A stretch of DNA of 64,000 nt from Calditrichaceae bacterium (GTDB lineage: Bacteria; Calditrichota; Calditrichia; Calditrichales; JBFXGD01): NCBI GenBank assembly GCA_050173015.1, contig JBFXLE010000003.1, forward strand, positions 96,001-160,000, written 5' to 3'. This document shows positions 28,991 through 39,261 of the stretch, in pieces (positions within the stretch are counted from its first letter, which is position 1; each line of letters starts with the position of its first letter). The notes beneath the pieces were generated by a model. It saw only the letters and a program-made list of their open reading frames with translations. It was not told the origin of the DNA and did not search any database. The position numbers and the translations under genes are program-made.

Positions 28991-29180
28991 TTGACTTTTC
29001 ATCCTGAAGAACACTCAAGCGGTTAAATATCCCACTCTGTAGTGGAAAATAGCTATATTGAATCATTATTTAACCGTATAATCCGGTCTTACCTCTTTTT
29101 ATTGGATCATTTTTTGCTTAAAATGCCATTTCTCACACAATCGACATTACCTTCTATACCAAAGTTTAAGACGGAGTATC

Positions 29181-29735
29181 ATGAACGACGGCGAATTAAT
29201 TCAGCTTCTCGTCAAGAAAGACCGGTCTGCTCTCAGGCAGTTTGTTGAGCAATACCAGTCTCTTGTCATCAATACAGCCTATCATATTATTGGCAATCAA
29301 AATGATGCAGAAGATGTCGCACAGGATGTTTTCCTTCAGATTTATAATTCCGCCGGAACATTTGAACAAAAATCAAAATTATCCACCTGGATCTGCAGGA
29401 TTACCGTTAACCGGTCACTTAATTTTATCCGGGATAACAGAAAATTCAGTCTGCTGCGAAGTTTCGATGAATTTATTGATGGTGAAGTTAAAGAAATCGC
29501 GGATCCCGAACCCCCTGATCAAATTCTCGAAGCCAAAGAAACGGGAAAAATCATTGAACAGTTACTCGAGTCCCTCCCGGAAAATCAAAGAGTCGCCTGG
29601 ATTCTGCATCAATATAATGACCTGCCTTACCAGGAAATCGTGAAAATTATGGATTTATCCCTATCCTCCATCGAATCACTGATATTCCGCGCCAGAAAAA
29701 ATCTACAAAAAAAATTATTAAATCACATAAAATAA
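29181..29735 (+). CDS. ECF RNA polymerase sigma-70 factor
   Basis: DAEDVAQDVFLQIY, LSTWICRITVNRSLN, LPENQRVAWIL..LPYQEIVKIM..SIESLIFRARKNL. Confidence 0.93.
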   Translation: MNDGELIQLLVKKDRSALRQFVEQYQSLVINTAYHIIGNQNDAEDVAQDVFLQIYNSAGTFEQKSKLSTWICRITVNRSLNFIRDNRKFSLLRSFDEFIDGEVKEIADPEPPDQILEAKETGKIIEQLLESLPENQRVAWILHQYNDLPYQEIVKIMDLSLSSIESLIFRARKNLQKKLLNHIK

Positions 29736-29743
29736 TTTTATCT

Positions 29744-29776
29744 GCGCAAGTTTCCATATAAATCCGTGTCTTATAT
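29744..29776 (+). promoter_or_regulatory. Possible ECF-type promoter upstream of the anti-sigma gene
   Basis: GCGCAAG...GTGTCTTATA resembles the AAC/AAG..GTC(T) bipartite ECF promoters; pattern judgement only. Confidence 0.3.
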
Positions 29777-29797
29777 TGTAAACGGAGACCAAAGAAC

Positions 29798-30283
29798 ATG
29801 AATTGCAAAATTGTACAATCAAAAATACCCGCATACACGGATAAAAATCTTTCTGATACCGTGTTAACCGAAATTGCAAAGCATTTAAATACTTGCGAAA
29901 AATGCGGCCGTGTATTCGCGGAATTCAAAATTCTTTGGAAAAAAACAGAACAACCGGATACAGTAATACCATCAAAAGGATTTTCTGATCGTGTCATTGA
30001 TAAAATTTATTCTCCGGAACACGAATCGGGATATGATTCCTTAAAGAATACGGGAATACGCTGGTTTTACCCGATTGCCGCCGCCGCTACTATTATCGCC
30101 GGTATATTCATCGGTTACAAACTGGGTAATATCCCCTCCCCTACCGGTCAGATTGATGAACGCTACATCGCTATCCAGAGCTTTGTGGATTCTCATTATC
30201 TTACAGATCTGAGTCTGATTCCCGTGAGCACATCGGGCGAGTATTCTTTAAAATCCGCAACTGAGCAAAAGGAAAAATTTTGA
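29798..30283 (+). CDS. zf-HC2 (ZAS) membrane anti-sigma factor
   Basis: MNC...HLNTCEKC (HxxxCxxC), one TM (IAAAATIIAGIFIG). Confidence 0.85.
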   Translation: MNCKIVQSKIPAYTDKNLSDTVLTEIAKHLNTCEKCGRVFAEFKILWKKTEQPDTVIPSKGFSDRVIDKIYSPEHESGYDSLKNTGIRWFYPIAAAATIIAGIFIGYKLGNIPSPTGQIDERYIAIQSFVDSHYLTDLSLIPVSTSGEYSLKSATEQKEKF

Positions 30284-30771
30284 TGAAACGAAAATTAATT
30301 TTTTTCATTATACTTCTGCTGGTGATAGTGAACATATCCGCTTTGGCAACAATAACCTATAAACACTGGTATATCAGCAATCACCTGGAATCTCTCGGCA
30401 GGCCGGGTATACAGATGGAGATTTTAAGCAGGGAACTAAATCTCTCCGACTTACAGAAGGAACAGCTGCAGGATCAGATCAGTGTATTCGAAGCAGAAAC
30501 TCAGATTTTAATGGATTCATTACGCGCCGGCGGAATTAGTTTAATTGATGAAATTGCCTCAGCAGATCCGGACTCTGTAAAACTGGAGATGATGGCGAAT
30601 AAAATAAGTGACTATCAGATTCAAATAAAAAGAAAACTTATCGCGCATCTACTTAATGAAAAATCAATACTGACCCCGGAGCAGCAGCAGCAATTTTTTA
30701 ATATGTTTAAAGAAATTCAGCTGCGCAGGGGAATGATGAAGAGCGGCGGAAAATTGTACAGTGATCGTTGA
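30280..30771 (+). CDS. Spy/CpxP/ZraP-like periplasmic heavy-metal/stress sensor
   Basis: N-terminal TM, ELNLSDLQKEQL and ILTPEQQQQF (LTxxQ motifs). Confidence 0.8.
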   Translation: MMKRKLIFFIILLLVIVNISALATITYKHWYISNHLESLGRPGIQMEILSRELNLSDLQKEQLQDQISVFEAETQILMDSLRAGGISLIDEIASADPDSVKLEMMANKISDYQIQIKRKLIAHLLNEKSILTPEQQQQFFNMFKEIQLRRGMMKSGGKLYSDR

Positions 30772-30854
30772 TTTAATTGTTTGGAAACGGGCATAAAATC
30801 GTAAATGTCCTCATATTGACAATCAATTATTTATATTTTTAGAGGGAGAATTTT

Positions 30855-31649
30855 TTGATGAGGAAATCGTATATACTGGCTCTGATGATAACATTGTTGA
30901 TGATGAACGGATGCGGTGACAAGAAGTATGAGAGTCGATGGGCAGACATTCCCGTCTCGGTTGACGGTGATAATTCGGATTGGAGCGAATCTTCTCTCAC
31001 CTATTTTGATAAAATGCAGTTGGTAATGGGAATAAGTAATGATGGGGAAAACCTCTACGTCATTTATAAATTCAACGATATAGCGCTTGCACGGCGTATC
31101 CAGATGCGTGGTGTTACTTTGTGGTTTGACGCGGATGGTAAGAAAAACAAGAATTTTGGCATCCAGTATTACGGAGACCCTTCTGTAAACCTGATGAATC
31201 CTGAACAAGCGGGGTTTTCCAATATATCCGAAGAACAGAGAGCCGAGTTCAAAACCATGCCGACGGATCTGTTAGGGATGGTAATTGTTAATGATAACAG
31301 CGAGAACATACCGCTTCCCACCAGCAATATGAATGGTATTTCGGCCATGGTAAGGCAGACAGACGGTATTTTTACCTATGAATTTAAAGTTCCGTTGGTA
31401 ACTTCGGAAGGCCGTCCTTACGCAATCAATGCCAAACCCGGTCAAAAAATCAGTTTCGGACTTGAGCTGGGGCAACCTGATATGAAAGAAATGCAGAGAA
31501 TGCGTTCGCAGATGGGCGGAATGGATCCCGGCACCGGCGGAATGCAGGGCAGAGGCCGGGCGGGTGGCGGTATGATGCCCGGGATGATGAATATTCAGAA
31601 GAAAGAGTTGTGGCTCTCACTAAATTTGGCGCTTAACACAGAGAAATAA
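30855..31649 (+). CDS. Lipoprotein with CBM9/DOMON-like beta-sandwich and Gly/Met-rich insert
   Basis: Lipobox MNGC; PVSVDGDNSDW, ISNDGENLYV, YEFKVPL, PGQKISFG; Gly/Met-rich stretch near the C-terminus. Confidence 0.55.
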   Translation: MMRKSYILALMITLLMMNGCGDKKYESRWADIPVSVDGDNSDWSESSLTYFDKMQLVMGISNDGENLYVIYKFNDIALARRIQMRGVTLWFDADGKKNKNFGIQYYGDPSVNLMNPEQAGFSNISEEQRAEFKTMPTDLLGMVIVNDNSENIPLPTSNMNGISAMVRQTDGIFTYEFKVPLVTSEGRPYAINAKPGQKISFGLELGQPDMKEMQRMRSQMGGMDPGTGGMQGRGRAGGGMMPGMMNIQKKELWLSLNLALNTEK

Positions 31650-31716
31650 AAATTTTAAACCCTTATGTTAGTTACCACATACTTTAATTTAAACTGATAT
31701 TGAAATGGAGTATTGA

Positions 31717-33012
31717 ATGCGAAGTACAAGCGGAATCTTGACATTAGTTGTACTGCTCTTCCTGAGTTCAGTTCACGGTGCCAGGGCACAGGGCGATTCG
31801 GAAGAGGCATTGTCACTGGATGAATGTATCCGGGTGGCCGTTGAAAACAATCCGGCTCTGAAGGCCGGCGGGCAGGAAGTTAAAAAGATGAATTACCGGG
31901 TGACTGAATCACGCGCGGGATTCTACCCTGCTCTCAGTATGCAAAGCAATTACAGACAATATACCGTTGCGGGAAATGACCGGGAGTTCGAAGATTTCGG
32001 CGCAGGATTCACGATACGACAAAATATTTTTCAGGGCGGTAAATTGATAGCCCAGTCAAAAGGGGCGAAAGCGGGTCTCAATGCTGCTGAGAATCAGTAT
32101 GAAAGCCTGCAGCAGGATATAATTTACCGGGTCCAGGAGAGCTATTACCGGTATTTGCAGAAATTACGATTGGTTCAGGTGGCCGAAAAAGCGGTTGAGC
32201 GCGCTAAGATAAGGGTTGATGAAGCAAACGCCCGTCACATCGCGGGGATAGCCACACGCTCGGACATTCTAAAATCAGAAGTAGATCTTTCCGATGCTGA
32301 ACTTAAATTGATACAGGCTGACAATGCTGCTCTGACCGCCGGAGGGGTGTTAAATAACGTATTGGGTTATCCGGTACAAAACAAAATTCAGATTGTTGAT
32401 GATCTTAGCAACACAATTGAAGATGAAATCCGGACTCCGGATGAATTAATCGGGAACGCCTTCAAAAACCGTCCGGAAATTCTCGGTATGACAAATCAGC
32501 TAGAGGTCCAGAAATACAATATCCGTATATTTAAGAGTGAATACCTTCCATCGATCGCGGCCACGGCCAGTTATGACTGGTCAGGAGAAAGCGCATCGGA
32601 CATGGAAGATTACTGGTTTGCAGGCGTCTCTCTGGAATTACCTCTATTTAACGGGTTCTCCACAAAAGCACGGGTCTCTGAGGGCAAGGCCGAACAAACC
32701 GCGCTTGAATATGATTTAGAAAATCTCCGTCAGACCGTCGGACTTGAAGTGTGGAATGCCTATCTTCGTGTTCGTGAATCCAGACAAGCTATTGACAATA
32801 CGGTCAAATTTCTGGAGAGAGCGAAAGAGAATCTTAATATCTCAGAAGGAGAATACCGGGAGGGAATCGGATCGATGCTTGAGGTTATCGACGCGCAGAC
32901 CGTACTCATCTCCGCGGAAGAAAGTCACATTAATTCACTGGCAGATCATCAGATAGCACTGGCCAATCTTGATCTTGTAATCGGAATCAGCCGTTTTAAG
33001 GAGACACAATAA
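31717..33012 (+). CDS. TolC family outer-membrane protein
   Basis: Signal peptide, LSLDECIRVAVENNP, FYPALS, YLPSI, LELPLFNGF. Confidence 0.9.
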   Translation: MRSTSGILTLVVLLFLSSVHGARAQGDSEEALSLDECIRVAVENNPALKAGGQEVKKMNYRVTESRAGFYPALSMQSNYRQYTVAGNDREFEDFGAGFTIRQNIFQGGKLIAQSKGAKAGLNAAENQYESLQQDIIYRVQESYYRYLQKLRLVQVAEKAVERAKIRVDEANARHIAGIATRSDILKSEVDLSDAELKLIQADNAALTAGGVLNNVLGYPVQNKIQIVDDLSNTIEDEIRTPDELIGNAFKNRPEILGMTNQLEVQKYNIRIFKSEYLPSIAATASYDWSGESASDMEDYWFAGVSLELPLFNGFSTKARVSEGKAEQTALEYDLENLRQTVGLEVWNAYLRVRESRQAIDNTVKFLERAKENLNISEGEYREGIGSMLEVIDAQTVLISAEESHINSLADHQIALANLDLVIGISRFKETQ

Positions 33013-34088
33013 TGAAAAATAAAAAATTATATGTAACCGCCGCCGTGATCATCATTTTAATTGCGCTTTTCGGCATACTTTCCGGTCAGTTCGGTTCAGG
33101 AGATGATAATGATATTTCTGACCTGAAAACCAGTACCGTCAGCCGCCGCGATATAGGTTCTACGGTTCTGGCGACAGGAATTATCAAACCGATGGTCGGC
33201 GCTGAGGTACGTGTGGGATCGCGTGTTTCAGGTATCGTGCAAAATCTTCACGCCAATATCGGTGATGAAGTCACCAAAGGTCAGCTTATCGCCCAGCTGG
33301 ATCCTACCGAACTTCAGGCGAAATACAATCAGGCTAACGCGGCGCTGGATAACGCTAAAGCCACATTCGAATACGCCCGGGTGGATCTGAAGCGTCAAAA
33401 ATCACTTCTGGATCAGAAATTCATTTCTCAAAATCAGTACGATCTTGCAGAAAAAGCATTCGAGATAAACAAATCCCTGTTGGAACAAGCGGAAGCCAAC
33501 CTTGATTTTGCAAAGGTGCAATTGGAGTATACGCGAATCACAGCTCCTATCAGTGGTGTGATCGCGTCAGTGTCCACTCAGGAAGGCGAAACGGTCGCGG
33601 CCAGTTTTAATTCTCCCACATTTGTCACTATCATTAATCTGGACCGCCTTGAGGTTTGGACCTATGTGGATGAGACCGATATCGGTAGAATTCATGTCGG
33701 GCAGAAAGGCATGTTTTCTGTGGATACCTATTCTGACACTGATTTCGAAGGTACAGTAACGGCGATTTACCCCAAAGCTGAAATTCAGGATAATGTTGTT
33801 AATTACATTTCCACCGTTAAAATAAATGACAATAAAGAAAAAATTCTCCGGCCTGAAATGACCACCAATGTCACTATTTTTCTTGAAACCAGAGAAAACG
33901 TGCTCACCGTTCCAAACGCCGCTGTTCATCGTGAACGAGGCAAAAAATATGTGAATGTCCTGGAAAAAAATCTGCCGGTTAAACGATATGTCACTGTCGG
34001 ATGGAAATCAGGCAGCTACACGGAAATTACGGAAGGATTATCTGAAAACGAAAAAGTGATCGTCGGAAATTTCACCATTAAAAATTAA
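33012..34088 (+). CDS. macA: MacA-type periplasmic adaptor
   Basis: ATGIIKP..VRVGSRVSGIV, ITAPISGVI, EGETVAASFNSPT, VDETDIGRI, LRPEMTTNV. Confidence 0.88.
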   Translation: MKNKKLYVTAAVIIILIALFGILSGQFGSGDDNDISDLKTSTVSRRDIGSTVLATGIIKPMVGAEVRVGSRVSGIVQNLHANIGDEVTKGQLIAQLDPTELQAKYNQANAALDNAKATFEYARVDLKRQKSLLDQKFISQNQYDLAEKAFEINKSLLEQAEANLDFAKVQLEYTRITAPISGVIASVSTQEGETVAASFNSPTFVTIINLDRLEVWTYVDETDIGRIHVGQKGMFSVDTYSDTDFEGTVTAIYPKAEIQDNVVNYISTVKINDNKEKILRPEMTTNVTIFLETRENVLTVPNAAVHRERGKKYVNVLEKNLPVKRYVTVGWKSGSYTEITEGLSENEKVIVGNFTIKN

Positions 34089-34141
34089 TATAACCGGATA
34101 TAAATAATACCGGCTATCGGAAAGATAGCATAGGAGATATT

Positions 34142-34879
34142 ATGATACGTATAGAAAACGTCTCTAAAATTTATCAAAAAAATGGAAGCGCCGAAGTTCA
34201 CGCCCTGCAGGATGTTTCCCTTGAAATCCAAAAGGGTGAATTTGTGGCCATCATCGGGCCATCCGGTTCCGGAAAGTCCACATTGATGAATATACTGGGA
34301 ATGCTCGACCGCCCCACCAGGGGATCATATTACCTGAAAGACCGCAAAGTTAGTGATCTCACTATTGACGAGCTGGCTAAAATCAGGAATCGGGAAATCG
34401 GTTTTGTTTTCCAGCAGTTCCATCTGTTAGCGCGCACAAGCGCGCTTGAAAATGTAGAACTGCCGCTTTTGTATTCCGATCGCCCGGATATGGGCAAGCT
34501 TGCCCAAAAATCGTTGGAAGCGGTCGGCCTTGGTTCGCGTATTCATCATATCCCAAGCGAACTGTCGGGCGGCCAGCAGCAAAGAGTAGTCATCGCGCGC
34601 GCGCTTGTTAATGATCCCGAAATCATTTTTGCGGATGAACCTACCGGAAATCTCGATTCACGCTCCGGTATAGAAATAATGTCCATCTTTCAGGAATTAA
34701 ACAAAAAAGGCCGGACAGTAATCGTCATCACGCATGATCAGAATATCGCCGAACACTCCCGACGCGTAATCCGCATCGCGGATGGCCGTATTACAGATGA
34801 TTATATTAATGAACATCCCAGACAAGCGGAGGTTGTTCAAACTGATTCCGGTGAGGAGGCCGCTCATGAAAACAAGTAG
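34142..34879 (+). CDS. MacB/LolD-type ABC ATP-binding protein
   Basis: GPSGSGKSTLMNILG, RNREIGFVFQQFHLL, LSGGQQQRV, ADEPTGNLD. Confidence 0.93.
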   Translation: MIRIENVSKIYQKNGSAEVHALQDVSLEIQKGEFVAIIGPSGSGKSTLMNILGMLDRPTRGSYYLKDRKVSDLTIDELAKIRNREIGFVFQQFHLLARTSALENVELPLLYSDRPDMGKLAQKSLEAVGLGSRIHHIPSELSGGQQQRVVIARALVNDPEIIFADEPTGNLDSRSGIEIMSIFQELNKKGRTVIVITHDQNIAEHSRRVIRIADGRITDDYINEHPRQAEVVQTDSGEEAAHENK

Positions 34880-36077
34880 GATCATTGCAAGCGGATTTCG
34901 TATTATGCGTCGTAATAAACTTCGGACGTTTTTTATGATGATTGGTATCATCGTGGGCATCACTTCTCTCACACTCATCTTCTCATTAAGCAAAGGAGCT
35001 GAGAAGATGATAATGAATCGTGTTGAAAAATTCGGATTAAACAGCATCCTTATACAATCCGGTGGAGGGCGCGAAGTCGGACTCTCAAAAGGCGGATTAA
35101 CCACCACACTCACACTGGACGATTTGAAAGCCATTCAAAATGAAATCCAAAATGTGGCAGAAATATCTCCTTTGCAGTTAATCACAGGACGTGATACAAA
35201 ATATATGGGTAAAACCGCTTCCGCCGTAGTAATAGGGGCAACGCCCGAATGGGAGGAAGTCTGGGACTGGAGTGTTACCGACGGTGAATTTATAGACCAG
35301 CACGACATGGCAACAACCGCCCGTGTCGCTTTGATCGGCCTGACCGCGGCGAGTGAACTGTTTGGCAGCAATGATCCAATCGGCGAACAGATTCATATCG
35401 GAAATGTTGCCTTTGAGATAAAGGGTGTATTGGAGTCAAAAGGGACCAGCCCGGGTGGTGGTGATATGGATAACCGGATCATGATCCCGCTCTCTACCAT
35501 GATGCGGAGAATGATGAATGTGGATTATATCGCCTCCGCCAAATTGTTGATTTACGACACCGATCAAATCGATGTTTCGATTGAAGATATAGGCATGATA
35601 TTGCGTGAAAGACATCATCTCGCGGACCAGGAACCGGATGATTTTAGACTGGTTGGCCCGACCCAGGTGATGGAGCTGGCAACCAAAATCGCGGGTACCT
35701 TCAATCTATTTCTTATTTTGGTTTCGGGATTATCTTTGATTGTAGGAGGTATTGTCGTGGCCAATCTGATGCTTATTTCCGTTAATGAGCGCAAAGGAGA
35801 AATCGGTCTTAGAAAAGCAATCGGAGCCCGTTCCCAGGACATTTTAACTCAATTTCTCGCCGAGACAACTGTAATTACGGTTATTGGCGGAATTATTGGC
35901 ATTATGCTCGGTTTGGCGGGAGCTGAAGTTCTTGATAAGCTAATCGCTCTTCCTGCTTCAATATCCTGGGAAGCGCTTGTTCTGGGTCTCCTGTTTTCAA
36001 GCATTGTAGGTATTGCTGCCGGTATGATGCCGGCCAGAAGAGCGGCAACACTCGATCCAATCGAATCGCTGCGCTAA
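34866..36077 (+). CDS. MacB/FtsX-type ABC permease 1
   Basis: NKLRTFFMMIGIIVG, VGGIVVANLMLISVNERKGEIGLRKAIGA, QFLAE, PARRAATLDPIESLR. Start ATG 34866 after GAGGAGG. Confidence 0.92.
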   Translation: MKTSRIIASGFRIMRRNKLRTFFMMIGIIVGITSLTLIFSLSKGAEKMIMNRVEKFGLNSILIQSGGGREVGLSKGGLTTTLTLDDLKAIQNEIQNVAEISPLQLITGRDTKYMGKTASAVVIGATPEWEEVWDWSVTDGEFIDQHDMATTARVALIGLTAASELFGSNDPIGEQIHIGNVAFEIKGVLESKGTSPGGGDMDNRIMIPLSTMMRRMMNVDYIASAKLLIYDTDQIDVSIEDIGMILRERHHLADQEPDDFRLVGPTQVMELATKIAGTFNLFLILVSGLSLIVGGIVVANLMLISVNERKGEIGLRKAIGARSQDILTQFLAETTVITVIGGIIGIMLGLAGAEVLDKLIALPASISWEALVLGLLFSSIVGIAAGMMPARRAATLDPIESLR

Positions 36078-36179
36078 TACGATTAAAGTAAACAAATATA
36101 TTCAATGGCATTATCGGGTCAGATAATTTTAAAACAGGCTTTTTGATTAAAATAAACTGCGAACTTAACCAGGTGTAGC

Positions 36180-37403
36180 ATGAAACTCTATCGGAATATT
36201 AAAATTTCGCGTAAAACACTGCTGGAACACAAATTCCGCACTATTCTTGCCCTTATTGGCATTACGATAGGTGTGGCCGCTGTGATCATCATGGTGGCCA
36301 TCGGAAACGGCGCTCAGAAAGAAGTACTCGATCGGATCCAGGAAATGGGCTCAAACCTGGTCACGGTAAACTCGGGACAAGTCAAATCATTTGCCGGAAG
36401 AAAGCGTCAAATTGGCAATGTAACAACACTTATCCCAAAAGATGCTGCTGCCGTCGCCCAGGAATGCCCTTCGGTTGCGTTAGTTGCCCCCTCTCAATCC
36501 AAAAAAATGAAGATAAAATATTCAAATTTCACCACTACGACGAATGTTCTCGGCACGACATCCGATTTTCTTACCATAAGAAACTTTACGGTATCAAACG
36601 GAGCCTTTTTTTCAGACGCGGACGATAAGGCCTCTCTCCGTGTCGCCGTGATAGGAAAGAGTATTCAGGATTATTTATTTGAAGGTGATGATCCGTTGGG
36701 AGAGATCATTCGCATCGGCAAGGTTCCATTCGAAGTCATTGGCGTACTGACAGAAAAAGGCGTCAATTCTGATGGCGTGGATGAAGACGATCAGATAATA
36801 ATTCCTTTAAATACGGCTCTCCGGCGAGTATTTAATCTCACATATATAAATACCATCTATGTACAGGTGAAAAACAAAGAATCGATGGATCCTGCGGTGC
36901 AGGAAATTGGCGAGCTTCTAAGAGAACGCCATCGTCTGATAAAGAAGGGAAAGTCTGATGATTTTACCATACAAAACCAGATCGATGTTATCGAAGCGGA
37001 AAAAGAAACGACTGACGCTTTTACGCTGCTTATAGCGGGCGTGGCCGGCATTTCACTTCTTGTTGGAGGAATTGGCATTCTTGCAATCATGCTGATCACC
37101 ATCAAAGAAAGAAAAGGTGAAATCGGTCTGAGAATGGCCATCGGGGCGCGTCCAAAAGAAATTTTGATTCAGTTTTTGGCCGAATCAGCTATGCTGGGAG
37201 TTACCGGTGGGCTTCTTGGAATATTAATTGGTGTAACAGGATCTTATAGTTTAGGAATTTTAACGGATTGGGCGACTGAAATTTCAGTCCTTTCTATTAT
37301 TATTTCCATTGGATTTTCACTTTCTGTTGGATTGTTTTTTGGTGTCTATCCCGCAAGAAAGGCCTCTCTGATGGATCCCATTGACGCTTTGAGGAGTGAA
37401 TAA
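36180..37403 (+). CDS. MacB/FtsX-type ABC permease 2
   Basis: HKFRTILALIGITIG, VGGIGILAIMLITIKERKGEIGLRMAIGA, YPARKASLMDPIDALRSE. Confidence 0.92.
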   Translation: MKLYRNIKISRKTLLEHKFRTILALIGITIGVAAVIIMVAIGNGAQKEVLDRIQEMGSNLVTVNSGQVKSFAGRKRQIGNVTTLIPKDAAAVAQECPSVALVAPSQSKKMKIKYSNFTTTTNVLGTTSDFLTIRNFTVSNGAFFSDADDKASLRVAVIGKSIQDYLFEGDDPLGEIIRIGKVPFEVIGVLTEKGVNSDGVDEDDQIIIPLNTALRRVFNLTYINTIYVQVKNKESMDPAVQEIGELLRERHRLIKKGKSDDFTIQNQIDVIEAEKETTDAFTLLIAGVAGISLLVGGIGILAIMLITIKERKGEIGLRMAIGARPKEILIQFLAESAMLGVTGGLLGILIGVTGSYSLGILTDWATEISVLSIIISIGFSLSVGLFFGVYPARKASLMDPIDALRSE

Positions 37404-37413
37404 TAATTATCTG

Positions 37414-37442
37414 CGGGAAGATATCTTATCTTCCCGTTTTTT
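37414..37442 (+). terminator. Rho-independent terminator of the ECF/MacAB-TolC operon
   Basis: CGGGAAGATA-TCT-TATCTTCCCG followed by TTTTTT. Confidence 0.8.
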
Positions 37443-37548
37443 AAAAAAAACAACTAACTATTACTTGATATCCTCTAAAATAATTTTGAACAGTATTTGA
37501 TTTCTATTAAATTAATTTTTTGACATCCAAAGAATATAAGGAGTCTCC

Positions 37549-38034
37549 TTGAAAGAGTTAATAATTAACATGGATGAATTAGCTTTTGTTTTACATCGCG
37601 GTCACGACATTGAAATGGAATGTTATCTTAACACCAAGTCCGGTGACATCATCAGCATCCCGACGAATGACAGCATCATAAGCAACATATTGGATCTTGA
37701 AGATGATGTATCCGTCCTGAATAAAAGCGGCCTCGTGGAAATGATGCTTCCCGATCGTGGAGATTTGTTGTATATTCCAAACAATTTCTCGCAGATAATA
37801 TTTGAATTGATGTCAGATTTTACAAAACTGATCGAAAACGATCATGCGGAAATCCATGACATGTTGTGGGCTGCCATACAAAAAGGGGGCGGTTATGAAG
37901 AATATCACCGCATCATCAAATCCAGACCCGGGATATTGAACCAGTTCATTCTTTTCAGAGATAAAAAATTTGAGGAAAACGCGGTTATCTGGCTCAATGA
38001 ACAAAAAATCAAACCGCTTAGCCAAATTTTATGA
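37549..38034 (+). CDS. UPF0158-like hypothetical protein
   Basis: INMDELAFVL..EMECYLNTKSGDII..YIP..FELMSDF..LWAAIQKGGGY..AVIWLNEQKI resembles the UPF0158 pattern; RBS AAGGAG. Confidence 0.55.
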   Translation: MKELIINMDELAFVLHRGHDIEMECYLNTKSGDIISIPTNDSIISNILDLEDDVSVLNKSGLVEMMLPDRGDLLYIPNNFSQIIFELMSDFTKLIENDHAEIHDMLWAAIQKGGGYEEYHRIIKSRPGILNQFILFRDKKFEENAVIWLNEQKIKPLSQIL

Positions 38035-38135
38035 GCTCATTTGTGGGCAATCTCTCATCGACGGTCAAAGAAGATGTTTGACGGATCATAGCATTGTTAT
38101 AAAACGGATTATTAATCATTCAAGCGGGGATATTT

Positions 38136-39155
38136 TTGGTTTTATTTAATCTAATGGTTTTCACAGCCGGTTTATTTTTATTATATCTTGGGGCTGAAAT
38201 GCTTGTCCGGAGCGCGTCCAGGCTTGCCTTGCTATTCAATATCAAGCCGATCATCGTCGGTTTGACAGTGGTTGCGTTTGGCACATCGTCTCCTGAATTT
38301 ATAGTCAGTTTTATCGCGGCTTATTCCGGGAAAATAGATGTTTCCATTGGAAACATTGTTGGCAGCAATATAGCAAATATTGCCCTTGTTTTGGGGTGTT
38401 CGGTTTTATTAAAACCAATACTAAAATTAGAGAGCGATCTTAAGAAGGAATTATACTGGGTAACCATTGTATCCTTTCTATTCTGGATTTTCAGCCTAAA
38501 TTTTGAAATAAGCCGAATTGAGGGATTTGTTTTGTTCACTCTGCTTATTGTATTCACAGTTACGTTGATCAGAGAGAGTATGAAGATCCGTTCTGAAAAC
38601 GGTTCATCGATTCCCACTGCTGTTCTTCATGAGACAGAAAAAGAGCTTGTGGTATCCACCGGAAGAAAAATAGTGGATGACCTCAGTCCGCGTGTTAAAA
38701 AACTTATTTTTCTGACCATTTCCATCCTCGGTATCGTTGTTTTATCATTTGGCTCTAATTTGACTATCGAATCGGCGGTAATCATTGCTGAATATTTCGG
38801 AATAAGTCAAATTGTGATCGGACTAACCCTTGTCGCGTTTGGCACTTCCCTTCCCGAACTGGCAACGGCAATTGTCAGCGTGATTAAGAAGGAAAATGAC
38901 ATTCTATTAGGTAACATCCTGGGGAGTAATCTGTTTAATATGCTTGGGGTCGCCGGGGTGGTCGCGATGATATATCCACTGCCTATGAATAATCAAATCG
39001 TTTATTTTAACTTTCCTGTCATGCTCCTGTTAACTCTGATCCTGTTATTCTATTTGCTGATCAAAGAGCGGTTGAATCGTATTACGGGAGTCTTGTTTTT
39101 GGTATTGTATATTGTATTTTTATATTTTGTGATCAATAATCCCATGGCCATTTAA
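38136..39155 (+). CDS. Ca2+/Na+ (cation:Ca2+) antiporter, YrbG family
   Basis: Duplicated alpha repeats GLTVVAFGTSSPE..GNIVGSNIAN and GLTLVAFGTSLPE..GNILGSNLFN. Confidence 0.93.
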   Translation: MVLFNLMVFTAGLFLLYLGAEMLVRSASRLALLFNIKPIIVGLTVVAFGTSSPEFIVSFIAAYSGKIDVSIGNIVGSNIANIALVLGCSVLLKPILKLESDLKKELYWVTIVSFLFWIFSLNFEISRIEGFVLFTLLIVFTVTLIRESMKIRSENGSSIPTAVLHETEKELVVSTGRKIVDDLSPRVKKLIFLTISILGIVVLSFGSNLTIESAVIIAEYFGISQIVIGLTLVAFGTSLPELATAIVSVIKKENDILLGNILGSNLFNMLGVAGVVAMIYPLPMNNQIVYFNFPVMLLLTLILLFYLLIKERLNRITGVLFLVLYIVFLYFVINNPMAI

Positions 39156-39261
39156 AAAGTTGTTAGTTACAAAATGATTTTATTATATTAAAGTTTACCA
39201 ATTTGGAAACAAATCTGTCACAATAAATTTTAACATAATTTGTCTAAACTAGGAAATCATC

